Part shown: positions 1-9,469 of the stretch, in pieces | Layout: each line of letters opens with the position of its first letter | How positions within the stretch are numbered: the stretch's first letter is position 1 | Source: an uncultured Chloroflexia bacterium | GTDB lineage: Bacteria > Chloroflexota > Anaerolineae > Anaerolineales > UBA4823 | Direction: 5' to 3' | Assembly: GCA_963797475.1 (NCBI GenBank) | Contig: CAWCPR010000001.1 | Location: forward strand, 53,284 to 117,283 | DNA: 64,000 nucleotides | Program-made: the position numbers and the translations under genes | Notes under the pieces: model-generated | The model's database searches: none | The model's input: only the letters and a program-made list of their open reading frames with translations | What the model was told of the DNA's origin: nothing

Positions 1-1971
1 TACGAACAGGACGTGAGCCTGTACCCCGCTCTGGCCAACGAGCCCGTGTACGTGTTGAAACCCATCGACAAGGCCGAGATCGACCGCTTGAACCCGGTGA
101 TGGGCAAAGCTTTTCTGGTCGTTTCCAGCATCCAGCAGATGATCGCCGATCCGGAAAAAGCGGCCGCCGCGGCGCAAAGCTTGGGTTTTGACCTGACCAA
201 GCTGCCGCCCGGCGCAGATGTTTTCAGCTTGTTGGCTAATCTGCCGGCCGCCCAGCTCGCCCAAATCACTACCGCCATCGACCAGAAGTTCTCCGCGATG
301 GGTCCCAGCTTGATCAACCAGTCCGCGGTGGGGGCGGTGAAAGCCGAGTACCAGGCCCTGGGGATGGATACCGGAAAGATCCAAAACAGCTACATCCTGA
401 ACACCGGGATCATCATGCTGTTGATCTCCTTATTAGCCGGGGCGGCCTCGGTGGCGGTTGGCTATCTATCTTCCAAGGCGGGCGCCGGATCGGCGCGTGA
501 CTTGCGCAAAGACCTGTTCGCGAAAGTGGAGAACTTCTCGAATACGGAGTTTGACAAATTCTCCACGGCTTCGCTGATCACTCGCTCCACGAACGACATC
601 ACTCAAATCCAAATGGTGGTCATCCTGCTGCTGCGCATCGTATTCTACGCGCCGATCATCGGCGTCGGCGGCATCATTATGGCGCTGGCGAAGAGCACCT
701 CCATGTGGTGGATCATCACACTGGCGGTGATTGTGCTGATCGGCCTGGTCCTGGTAGTCTTTTCGATCGCTCTGCCAAAATTCAAGATCATGCAGAACCT
801 GATCGACCGGATCAACCTGGTGACCCGCGAAAACCTTTCCGGCATGATGGTCATCCGGGCCTTTAATATGCAGGGGTTCGAGGAGAAGCGCTTCGACAAG
901 GCCAATACGGACCTGACCAGCACCAGCCTGTTCATTAACCGGGTCATGGTCACCATGTTCCCGTTCATGATGCTCATTATGAACGGCCTGATGCTGCTGA
1001 TCATCTGGGTGGGGTCGCACCAGGTGGCCGAATCGAACATGCAGGTCGGCGACATGATTGCCTTCATGCAATACGCCATGCAGATCGTGATGGCCTTTCT
1101 GATGATGTCGATGATGTTCATCATTTTGCCGAGGGCTTCGGTTTCCGCCAACCGTATCGCGGATGTGCTCGAGACAATGCCTTCCATCGAAGACCCCCAG
1201 TCGCCCAAGCCGTTCAAGCAGCCCTTTACGAGCCAGATTGAGTTCCGCAACGTGTCCTTCCACTACCCGGATGCGCAGGACGACGTGCTGCACGACGTCT
1301 CGTTTACCGCCCAGGCGGGCCAGACGACCGCCTTTATCGGTTCAACGGGCTCGGGGAAATCCACGGTGGTCAATTTGATCCCGCGCTTTTTTGAAGTGAG
1401 CAGCGGCTCGATCCTGGTGGACGGCACGGATATTCGCCAGGTGCGCCAGAGTGACCTGCGGGACAAGATCGGTTACATTCCACAAAAAGGCATGCTGTTT
1501 TCCGGCACGATTGGCAGCAACCTGCGCTATGCCGACGATCATGCCACGGATGAAAGCTTAAAAGAAGCGGCTGAGATCGCCCAGGCAAGCGAATTCATTG
1601 AGGCTAAACCGGAAGGCCTGGAGGCGGAAATTTCTCAAGGCGGGGCGAATGTGTCCGGCGGGCAAAAGCAGCGGCTTTCGATCGCACGCGCCCTGGTCAA
1701 GAAACCACCGATCTATATCTTCGACGACAGCTTTTCGGCCCTGGATTTCAAAACCAACTCGGCCTTGCGCAGGGCGCTCAAAGCAAAAACCAGCGCGAGC
1801 ACGGTGTTGATCGTAACCCAGCGCGTCACCACGATCAAGGACGCCGACCAGATCATCGTGCTCGAAGAGGGCAGGATCGTGGGCAAAGGCAAACACGCCG
1901 AATTGCTGAAGGATTGCGATACTTACCGCGAGATTGCCTATTCGCAGCTCAGCACGGAGGAACTGTCATGA
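1..1971 (+). CDS. ABC exporter subunit (transmembrane domain plus ATPase), 5'-truncated at the window edge
   Basis: The frame is open from base 1 with no upstream stop. Hydrophobic TM segments are followed by Walker A GSTGSGKST, signature LSGGQKQRLSIARAL and Walker B IYIFDDSFSALD. The stop overlaps the ATG of the next gene (ATGA). Confidence 0.9.
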   Translation, partial: YEQDVSLYPALANEPVYVLKPIDKAEIDRLNPVMGKAFLVVSSIQQMIADPEKAAAAAQSLGFDLTKLPPGADVFSLLANLPAAQLAQITTAIDQKFSAMGPSLINQSAVGAVKAEYQALGMDTGKIQNSYILNTGIIMLLISLLAGAASVAVGYLSSKAGAGSARDLRKDLFAKVENFSNTEFDKFSTASLITRSTNDITQIQMVVILLLRIVFYAPIIGVGGIIMALAKSTSMWWIITLAVIVLIGLVLVVFSIALPKFKIMQNLIDRINLVTRENLSGMMVIRAFNMQGFEEKRFDKANTDLTSTSLFINRVMVTMFPFMMLIMNGLMLLIIWVGSHQVAESNMQVGDMIAFMQYAMQIVMAFLMMSMMFIILPRASVSANRIADVLETMPSIEDPQSPKPFKQPFTSQIEFRNVSFHYPDAQDDVLHDVSFTAQAGQTTAFIGSTGSGKSTVVNLIPRFFEVSSGSILVDGTDIRQVRQSDLRDKIGYIPQKGMLFSGTIGSNLRYADDHATDESLKEAAEIAQASEFIEAKPEGLEAEISQGGANVSGGQKQRLSIARALVKKPPIYIFDDSFSALDFKTNSALRRALKAKTSASTVLIVTQRVTTIKDADQIIVLEEGRIVGKGKHAELLKDCDTYREIAYSQLSTEELS

Positions 1972-4187
1972 TTGCCTCCGGCAGAAACCCACAACAAGGT
2001 CGCGGCCCAATGGGCATGGGCAGCGGCATGATGATGCAGGGCGCCAAAGCGCGCGATTTCAAAGGCACCATGATCAAGCTGGCCCACTACCTGGGGGCGT
2101 ACAAGCTGCCCGTCTCGCTGGTACTGGTTTTCGCCATTGCTTCCACCATCTTCTCCATCGTCGGCCCGAAGATCTTAGGCAACGCCACGACGAAATTGTT
2201 CGAAGGCGTGCTGAGCCAGATCGCCGGCACCGGCTCGATCGATTTTGACTATATCGGCAACATCATTCTTTTGATGACCGGGCTGTACCTGCTCTCCGGC
2301 CTGTTCAGCGTCATCCAGGGCTGGATTATGTCCGGCGTTTCGATGGATATCACTTATCGCCTGCGCAAGGATATCGCCGAGAAGATCAACCGGATGCCGC
2401 TGCGCTACTTCGACGGAACAAATCACGGCGAGGTCCTTTCGCGCATCACCAACGATGTGGACACGGTAAACCAGACCCTCAACCAGAGCCTGACCCAGAT
2501 TATCACTTCGGTCACCACTGTGATCGGGGTGACCGTTATGATGTTCTCCATAAGCTGGTTGATGAGCCTGGTCGCCATTCTCATCGTCCCGCTGTCGTTC
2601 GTGATCATCGGGTTTGTGATCAAGAAATCGCAGAAATACTTCAAGGAGCAGCAGGACTATCTTGGGCACGTGAACGGCCACGTCGAGGAAATGTACAGCG
2701 GCCACGTCGTGATGAAAGCCTTCAACGGCGAGCAAAAAAGCATCGAGAAATTTGAGGTCTACAACGACAAGCTGTACAATTCGGCCTGGAAATCTCAATT
2801 CCTGTCGGGGATGATGATGCCGGTCATGACCTTTGTCGGCAACCTGGGTTACGTGGCTGTGGCGATCCTGGGCGGCTGGCTGGCGATCCGCAACGCGATC
2901 ACGGTGGGCGATATCCAGGCCTTCATCCAGTACGTGCGGACCTTCATGCAGCCGATCTCGCAACTGGCGAATATCTCGAACGTGCTCCAGCAGACCGCCG
3001 CGGCTGCCGAACGCGTGTTTGAGTTTCTGGACGAGGACGAAGAAATCCCCGAGACCAGCAATCCCATCCAACTGCCCAGCCTGGAAGGCTGCGTGGAGTT
3101 CCAGCACGTTCATTTTGGCTACACCCCGGAGAAAACGATCATCAAGGATTTCTCCGCCATCGCCATGCCGGGACAGAAGGTCGCCATCGTCGGGCCGACC
3201 GGGGCCGGCAAGACGACCATCGTAAAACTGCTGATGCGCTTTTACGACGTAGACAGCGGCGCAATCCTGATCGACGGGCATGATATCCGCCAATTCTCAC
3301 GCCGTGACCTGCGCAAAATGTTTGGGATGGTCCTGCAAGACGCCTGGCTTTTCAATGGAACGGTCATGGACAATATCCGCTACGGCCGCTTCGAGGCCAG
3401 TGAAGAGCAGGTCGTCGCGGCCGCCAGGGCCGCCCGGGTCGACCATTTCGTGCGCTCCCTGCCGGAAGGCTACGATATGGAGCTCAACGAGGAATCCTCC
3501 AACGTATCGCAGGGCCAGTTGCAGCTCTTAACCATCGCCCGCGCCATTCTGGCGGATCCCAAGCTCTTGATCCTGGACGAGGCCACCAGCTCGGTGGATA
3601 CCCGCACGGAAGTGCTCATCCAAAAAGCGATGGACACGCTCATGGCCGGCCGGACCAGCTTTGTCATCGCCCACCGCCTGTCCACGATTCGCAACGCGGA
3701 TTTGATCCTGGTGATGAATGAAGGGGATATCGTCGAGCAGGGCAAACACCAGGAGCTGCTCGCCCGGGGCGGCTTCTATGCCGAGATCTATAACAGCCAG
3801 TTCGCCAAAACGGACGAGAATGGGAACGGGAATGGGAAAGTGGATGGAAAAGTGGACGGGAATGGAAATGGGCGCGCCGCCGCTGAGCCCGTTCTTGACC
3901 TGGCCCAGGCGCCAGGCCTGAATGGTGGATCCGGGAACGCCCGGCAGTACATCCTGCAGGCCTACCAGGCCTTGCAGATGGGCGAGCTGGCCAAAGCGCG
4001 CCAGCTTGCCGAAGAAACCGCGCGCTTGAACCCCAATTACGAGGCGTCCTACTTGATCCTGGCTGCCCTGGCAACCCCCATCGATTCCATTGAGTACCTG
4101 ATGAAGGCCCTGGACGTCAACCCATCCAGCAAGCGCGCCCGCGAGGGGATGGCCTGGGCGTTGGAGAAGCTGCGCGATTCGGCTTAG
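1968..4187 (+). CDS. ABC exporter subunit (TMD+NBD), heterodimer partner, with C-terminal Gly/Asn repeat and TPR-like tail
   Basis: The start at ATG 1968 overlaps the upstream stop. The protein has a Gly/Met-rich N-terminus, six TM helices, Walker A GPTGAGKTT, signature VSQGQLQLLTIARAIL and Walker B LILDEATSSVD. The tail after the NBD carries GNGNGKVDGKVDGNGNG followed by helical repeats. The ORF-track start at 1914 is judged too early. Confidence 0.9.
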   Translation: MIASGRNPQQGRGPMGMGSGMMMQGAKARDFKGTMIKLAHYLGAYKLPVSLVLVFAIASTIFSIVGPKILGNATTKLFEGVLSQIAGTGSIDFDYIGNIILLMTGLYLLSGLFSVIQGWIMSGVSMDITYRLRKDIAEKINRMPLRYFDGTNHGEVLSRITNDVDTVNQTLNQSLTQIITSVTTVIGVTVMMFSISWLMSLVAILIVPLSFVIIGFVIKKSQKYFKEQQDYLGHVNGHVEEMYSGHVVMKAFNGEQKSIEKFEVYNDKLYNSAWKSQFLSGMMMPVMTFVGNLGYVAVAILGGWLAIRNAITVGDIQAFIQYVRTFMQPISQLANISNVLQQTAAAAERVFEFLDEDEEIPETSNPIQLPSLEGCVEFQHVHFGYTPEKTIIKDFSAIAMPGQKVAIVGPTGAGKTTIVKLLMRFYDVDSGAILIDGHDIRQFSRRDLRKMFGMVLQDAWLFNGTVMDNIRYGRFEASEEQVVAAARAARVDHFVRSLPEGYDMELNEESSNVSQGQLQLLTIARAILADPKLLILDEATSSVDTRTEVLIQKAMDTLMAGRTSFVIAHRLSTIRNADLILVMNEGDIVEQGKHQELLARGGFYAEIYNSQFAKTDENGNGNGKVDGKVDGNGNGRAAAEPVLDLAQAPGLNGGSGNARQYILQAYQALQMGELAKARQLAEETARLNPNYEASYLILAALATPIDSIEYLMKALDVNPSSKRAREGMAWALEKLRDSA

Positions 4188-4202
4188 GTCGAGTGATGCA
4201 TG

Positions 4203-4250
4203 TTGTAGTAAGGGTGATTCTTAAATCGCCCCTACTACAACAGATTTTCC
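4203..4250 (+). terminator. Putative intrinsic terminator after the ABC operon
   Basis: Inverted repeat TTGTAGTAAGGG...CCCTACTACAA followed by a T-rich stretch, 16 nt after the stop at 4187. Confidence 0.45.
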
Positions 4251-4356
4251 ATTAGAGAAATCTTATCTTAAACATTATAATAGGGATGGGCTCGCTAACA
4301 TCTCGTGCGATTAAAAATAGGACGCTGATAACGCGGAAGGACACGGAATTGATTTA

Positions 4357-4785
4357 ATGAATGAGCGCTCATCACAAGTGACATATCAAACTCTAAAACA
4401 CCAGGATATTACCGAAAAGATACTGCATGCATTCTTAAAAATCGTTTACCCGCAGTTAGGATATGGCTTTTTGGAAAAGGTGTATGAAAATTCGATGCGG
4501 ATTTCGCTTCAAGCCTTGGGATTGAACGTTTTACAACAAGAAAGGATCGCTGTCAATTTTCATGGACAAATCGTCGGGGAATATTATGCCGACCTATTGG
4601 TTGAAAAAGCCGTTTTGGTGGAACTCAAGGCGGCGCCTCGAATCTTGAGCGAGTATGAAGCTCAATTATTGAATTATTTGCGAGCGACGCCATATGAAGT
4701 CGGACTTTTACTCAACTTCGGTCCAAAACCTGAATTTCGTCGTAAAGTGTTTGATAATGAACGCAAGTCCATTACCTGGTCATGA
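4357..4785 (+). CDS. GxxExxY-family protein
   Basis: A 142-aa protein with the family hallmark ...GEYYADLLVE.... It sits in a conspicuously AT-rich islet (about 4190-4880) flanked by GC-rich genes. Confidence 0.7.
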   Translation: MNERSSQVTYQTLKHQDITEKILHAFLKIVYPQLGYGFLEKVYENSMRISLQALGLNVLQQERIAVNFHGQIVGEYYADLLVEKAVLVELKAAPRILSEYEAQLLNYLRATPYEVGLLLNFGPKPEFRRKVFDNERKSITWS

Positions 4786-4890
4786 AAGGTATAGAAAAGA
4801 CTGTGTTTTTCCGCGTTAATCCGCGTCCAATACGTTCCAAAGCTGTTCAGAAATAAAGGCAGCATTCCTTGCGATGGTGGAGAACCTTCA

Positions 4891-5601
4891 ATGGACATCC
4901 TGGACAATATCCCGCAAGAGGAGCTTGCCAAATTCAACGACCTGATCCGCATCTACCAGACCGGCGAGGAGATTTTGACCGAGGGTGAGGCCTGGAACAA
5001 CAGCCTGTACGTGCTGCGCGTCGGGCGGGTCGACATTTACCGCCAGATGCGCGGCGCCGAGCAATTGATCACCCAGATTGAAGCGGTGAACATCTTCGGC
5101 GAGATGGAGCTGGTGCTGGGCGGGCTGCGCCTGGCGACGATCAAGGCCCACACGGAAGTGCTCACTTACAAGCTCCCCAGCCCCGACCTGCACGCCTTGA
5201 TCGCCAACCCGATTTGGGGGAACAAGCTGATCAACCGCCTGTGCACGGATATCAAGATCTTTTCCGATATAACCAGGGGTTTGGAAGAGAAGAACGCGCT
5301 CCTGGAAGACCGGTTGGAAGAGGTCCTGCAAAACAGCGGGCTGCTGTACGCCGCCCTGGAAATCCTGCAAAGCAAGGCGATCATGGATAGTTCGGTGAAA
5401 TCGCGGGCCTGGTATTACCTGGTGGACACGGACAGCCTGGTGAAAAATTATCTGCAGGCGAAAATGCCGGAGATTACCAAGCGGATCGCCAAATTTAGAG
5501 ATTCGGCGCTGGAAAAGCTAGATGAAGAGGGCTTCCTGCCCGTTAAACTGAAAGAGCTTTTTCTCAGCAACCATGACGACCAGCGGGCGAACAAGGAATG
5601 A
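4891..5601 (+). CDS. Cyclic-nucleotide-binding domain protein
   Basis: Contains cNMP-binding-like FGEMEL...RLATIKA and a helical C-terminal region. The start codon and ORF are unambiguous. Confidence 0.65.
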   Translation: MDILDNIPQEELAKFNDLIRIYQTGEEILTEGEAWNNSLYVLRVGRVDIYRQMRGAEQLITQIEAVNIFGEMELVLGGLRLATIKAHTEVLTYKLPSPDLHALIANPIWGNKLINRLCTDIKIFSDITRGLEEKNALLEDRLEEVLQNSGLLYAALEILQSKAIMDSSVKSRAWYYLVDTDSLVKNYLQAKMPEITKRIAKFRDSALEKLDEEGFLPVKLKELFLSNHDDQRANKE

Positions 5602-5696
5602 GCCAGGCGCAAGCCTGAACGCCAAACCCGCCGGCATGCGAACGATAGACGTCTATACGAAACCGCCCATAATTTAACACATGAGGAGGCAATCGA

Positions 5697-7877
5697 ATGA
5701 CTGCGGTCAACACCCATTTCTCTCCCCAGGACAACGGCTTTCACTTCATCAATCGCTTTGAATTCAAATTCCCGGTGAAGTTCAAGCTGCCATTCGCCGG
5801 CGAAGTGAACCTGAGCGACGTCGTTTACGGCCTGTGCGGCGGGATGTGCTTCAGCGCCCTGGACTACTACAACGCTTCCAGGCCGGCGCCCAGCGTCTCC
5901 CAGGTCGACCAGATCGACGCCAGCCTGTTCGCTTACCTGTGCGACCGCCAGCTCGACAGCCTGAGCATCCCGACCCTGCTCAAGGTGTTCCAGTGGATGC
6001 TGAGCGACGAGCGGGATAACGGCCTGCGCCTGGCGCGCTACGAAGTCCCCAAGCTGCGCCGCATGTTGGACAAGGATTCCCCGGCGGTGCTGGCCTTGAT
6101 CCGGGTCAAAGGGCTGAGCGACCCGACCCACAACCACCAGGTTGTGGCGATCGGGTATGATTACGACCCCGCCAGCCGGCGCATGACCATCGCCCTGTAC
6201 GACCCCAACCACCCGGGCGAGAGCCCCAGCCTGCAGCTCGACCTGAGCAACCCCGGCCAGGGCGTCGCCATCAGCCAATCCACCGGCGAGTTCCTGCGCG
6301 GTTTCTTCCTCATCGACTACAAAGCGCAGCTTGCTGTACCGCTGGCGCTGCAGCCGCAAGCAGCCGCCGGAGCGGAGGCCGCCTTCGCCGACCTGTCCTT
6401 CGGCGCGCCGGTCTTTTCCTTGCGCTGGCCGGTCGACAGCCACCGGGTGAACCAGTACTTCGGCGAGAACCCCGAGACGTACAAGCCGTTTCACCTGCCC
6501 GGCCACGAGGGCGTTGACCTGTTTGCCCTGAACGGCGCAAACGTGTACGCGGCTGCGGATGGGGATGTCTACCAGGCCAGCCACCCCAAGGATCACCCCT
6601 ATGGGCTGCACGTCCGCATCAAGCACGTGGTCGACGGGCGCACTTACCACACCGTCTACGCCCACCTGCAGGAGACGCACGTGAAAGTTGGCCAGAAGGT
6701 CGCCGCCGGCGATTTGATCGGCCAGGCAGATAACACCGGCAACTCATTCGGCTCGCACCTGCACCTGACCCTTAAAATCGACGGCGAGCAAACCCCCGGC
6801 TACCCGGCCGGGATCGTGGATCCCTGGCCTTACCTGCAGGCCTCGTCCGTCACGCCGCCCCCGCCGCCGATCATCCCCGACCCGCCCGACGAGCCCCTGC
6901 CGCCCGCCAGCGGGATCACGGTTTACACTGTGGGGGCGATCAACCTGCGCGCCCGGCCTACGACCGACGCCAACATCCGCGGCGGCCTGCCGGCCGGCGA
7001 AGCCCTGAGCGTCCTGGGCGACGCCGCCGCGGCGCGGGCCAAGATCGGAAAGGACGGCGAATGGCTGCAGGTGCAGACCGCCGGCGGCCTGCCCGGTTAT
7101 GTGGCGGCCTGGCTGGTACAAACCATCGACCAGGCCTTCCCGCCCAGCGACCTGGTGATCTATCCGAACGACTTCGTCAACCTGCGCGGCGGGCCGGCGA
7201 CCGCGTTCGACCTGCTGGCGACCCTGACCCTGGACCAGCCGCTGACCGTCCTGGGCGACGCCGATAACGCCCGCGCCAAGATCGGCAGGATGGGCGAATG
7301 GCTGCAAGTGCAGACCGAGCAGGGCCAGCACGGCTTCGTCGCCGCCTGGCTGGTGCACAGCACAGCCCAAACCCTGCCTGACAGCGGACTGAGCGTGGTC
7401 CCAACCCTCATCTTGAACGTGCGGGCGCGGCCGACCACCGACGCCAACATCCTGACGGTGGTCTCGCCCGGAGATTCGCTGGCGGTTCTGGGAGATAAGG
7501 ACCTGGCGAGCTCGCGGATCGGGCAACAGGACCAATGGCTGAACGTGAAAACGCCGGATGGCTTCAGCGGTTTTGTGGCCGCCTGGCTGGTGCAGCCGGC
7601 CCAGGCGGCGCCTTCCAGGAAGCCGCCGGCCCCAGCACCGGTCCCCAGCGGCCTGGCGGTGTACCCGATCGCCGACCTGAACGTGCGCGCCCAGGCCAGC
7701 ATCAACTCGCCGCGCGTCAGCGGCGCATTTCGTAACGTCCCCCTGAACGTGGTCGAGCCCGACCTGGCCGCGGCGAAAGCCAAGATCGGCAAGACGGATG
7801 AATGGCTGCACGTGCAGCTCCCGGATGGGTCACGCGGCTGGGCCGCCGCCTGGTACCTGAGTGCCAAGCCGGTTTAA
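5697..7877 (+). CDS. Multi-domain cell-wall hydrolase with N-terminal papain-like Cys peptidase domain, M23 metallopeptidase and five SH3b-like repeats
   Basis: The N-terminal domain has CGGMCFSALDYY (Cys) and HNHQVVAIGYDYD (His), a papain-like dyad. The M23 core has HEGVDL...HLHL. A Pro-rich linker PPPPPIIPDPPDEP follows. Five repeats of about 70 aa match the pattern NLRARPTTDANI...AKIGKDGEWLQVQT...GYVAAWLV. An RBS GAGGAGG lies upstream. Confidence 0.8.
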   Translation: MTAVNTHFSPQDNGFHFINRFEFKFPVKFKLPFAGEVNLSDVVYGLCGGMCFSALDYYNASRPAPSVSQVDQIDASLFAYLCDRQLDSLSIPTLLKVFQWMLSDERDNGLRLARYEVPKLRRMLDKDSPAVLALIRVKGLSDPTHNHQVVAIGYDYDPASRRMTIALYDPNHPGESPSLQLDLSNPGQGVAISQSTGEFLRGFFLIDYKAQLAVPLALQPQAAAGAEAAFADLSFGAPVFSLRWPVDSHRVNQYFGENPETYKPFHLPGHEGVDLFALNGANVYAAADGDVYQASHPKDHPYGLHVRIKHVVDGRTYHTVYAHLQETHVKVGQKVAAGDLIGQADNTGNSFGSHLHLTLKIDGEQTPGYPAGIVDPWPYLQASSVTPPPPPIIPDPPDEPLPPASGITVYTVGAINLRARPTTDANIRGGLPAGEALSVLGDAAAARAKIGKDGEWLQVQTAGGLPGYVAAWLVQTIDQAFPPSDLVIYPNDFVNLRGGPATAFDLLATLTLDQPLTVLGDADNARAKIGRMGEWLQVQTEQGQHGFVAAWLVHSTAQTLPDSGLSVVPTLILNVRARPTTDANILTVVSPGDSLAVLGDKDLASSRIGQQDQWLNVKTPDGFSGFVAAWLVQPAQAAPSRKPPAPAPVPSGLAVYPIADLNVRAQASINSPRVSGAFRNVPLNVVEPDLAAAKAKIGKTDEWLHVQLPDGSRGWAAAWYLSAKPV

Positions 7878-8004
7878 CCATAAGAGCGGTTAGGGGCGTT
7901 GGCCGCGCCCTTGCCCCCAACCGCTGGTCTTCGCCCAACTGCCCGGTTTTATCTCGGTCCTTTGCGTCTTTGAACCTCCACCAGGCCTGACCTGTAAATA
8001 TGTT

Positions 8005-9120
8005 ATGGCCCACACGCTCGGGATCACCGCTCGGAAAATTCGTCGCCTGGGATGCTTGTGCCTGGGTTTGATTGTGTTAGCGAGCTGCATTTCAGCCCCG
8101 CCAACTCCGCAAATTTCACGCACCCCGCACATCACCATCAAAATCAACGGCACGCCGGTGAGCTCGCTGGACGGCACGCCTTTGCCAATCAGCACCCCCC
8201 TGCCAGAGGCAGGGTCGAAGGTTTCCGCCGGCCGATCGCCGCTGGATCCGCCCGGGGAAGTCAGGATGGGTTCGGCAACGGTCTCGGCACCTATGCTGGA
8301 CAACCACGGGCTGCCGGCGGTCGAAGTTCTCATCAATGGCTCCGGGCCATATCGCTTCGTCGTGGATTGGGGGGCCAATATCTTCGCCGCCTCGCCCGAA
8401 TTGGCGAGTAAGCTCAACCTCCCAATCCTGGGCGTGGATAGCATGGGCAATCAAAATGCGCAGGTAACCTCACTTGCCATTGGAGATGCCGAGTTTCGTG
8501 ACCTGACGGTCGTCCTGGATCCCTTTTTCAGCCAAATGGATGAAGACGGTGTGCTGGGCCGCAACATCTATGCGAACCTGCTGATCACCCTGGATTATCC
8601 CGCTCAGCGCATCATTCTGGAGCAAGGGTCGCTTCCTGCGCCGAATGGACAGGATCTGTTGGCTTACCAGCCCTCCGAAGGCGGCGCGCCCATGCTGCCG
8701 GTCGAGATTGAAGGGCAGCGTTTCCCGGTTGTGCTGGATACCGGCGCGGCTCGCGGGCTGATCTTGCCGGCTGCAAAGGCGGCGCAATTCTCTTTTATGG
8801 TTGGTCCAATCCCCGGCGGGACAGCCATCGGCCCGCAGCTAGGCGCGGCGGACACTCAGGTGGGCCGGTTGTCTGAGGACCTTCACTTCGGGGCATACAC
8901 AATCTCTCAGCCGTTGGTAGATATTTTAGACCGCTCCGAAGCGCTGCTGGGCAGCGGGCTGCTGAGGTACTTTTCGGTGACGCTCGACCAGGAAAACCAG
9001 ACCCTGCGGATCCGTCGTGATCAAGCAGGGCCAATCATAATCCCGCCCGCGCCGTGGGAAACGCCAGCGCCGGACGTAGCTGCGGGCGGCTTTCACTCTC
9101 CCAGCCTGGCGGCTGATTAA
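8005..9120 (+). CDS. Retropepsin-like aspartic peptidase lipoprotein
   Basis: Signal peptide with lipobox LASC. Two lobes: VVDWGANI (degenerate) and VVLDTGAARG (canonical D-T-G-A). Confidence 0.6.
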   Translation: MAHTLGITARKIRRLGCLCLGLIVLASCISAPPTPQISRTPHITIKINGTPVSSLDGTPLPISTPLPEAGSKVSAGRSPLDPPGEVRMGSATVSAPMLDNHGLPAVEVLINGSGPYRFVVDWGANIFAASPELASKLNLPILGVDSMGNQNAQVTSLAIGDAEFRDLTVVLDPFFSQMDEDGVLGRNIYANLLITLDYPAQRIILEQGSLPAPNGQDLLAYQPSEGGAPMLPVEIEGQRFPVVLDTGAARGLILPAAKAAQFSFMVGPIPGGTAIGPQLGAADTQVGRLSEDLHFGAYTISQPLVDILDRSEALLGSGLLRYFSVTLDQENQTLRIRRDQAGPIIIPPAPWETPAPDVAAGGFHSPSLAAD

Positions 9121-9136
9121 GATCTGGCAGGTCGCC

Positions 9137-9442
9137 TCAACCGCCAGCCTCGTACTCGATGGTGTAAAACTCTTTGTAGCCTGAATCGATGTATTCGGCC
9201 ATGGGATCTCTCTGCTCTGAAACTTCCTGGTTCTTGAACATCGCCTGAAGGCCTTCCCAATAAGAGTCCAGGCTTTCGGCTTTGGTCTCCAGGACCAGCG
9301 TGAAATTCTTCCCGCTGATGTCCGTGAGTATGCGGGAGATGTTGGTTGCGCTACGGACGTCTTCCGGTATGGAATTGAAATACGCCAACAATTTGTCCAT
9401 ACAACCGTACTTGACCTGGAATACCTGGCGAACGAGTATCAT
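9137..9442 (-). CDS. Hypothetical small protein (101 aa)
   Basis: Clean ORF with plausible composition and no recognisable motif. It lies downstream of the CHAT-NACHT gene and may be co-transcribed with it. Confidence 0.4.
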   Translation of the reverse strand: MILVRQVFQVKYGCMDKLLAYFNSIPEDVRSATNISRILTDISGKNFTLVLETKAESLDSYWEGLQAMFKNQEVSEQRDPMAEYIDSGYKEFYTIEYEAGG

Positions 9443-9469
9443 TTTTATCTCCTATAGAAATTAACAGGC

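Noticed and set aside
1914-1967. ORF-track start at 1914 for the second ABC gene
   Set aside because: The first 18 codons overlap the upstream gene in another frame and read as junk. ATG 1968 overlaps the upstream stop and gives the Gly/Met-rich N-terminus typical of this exporter family.
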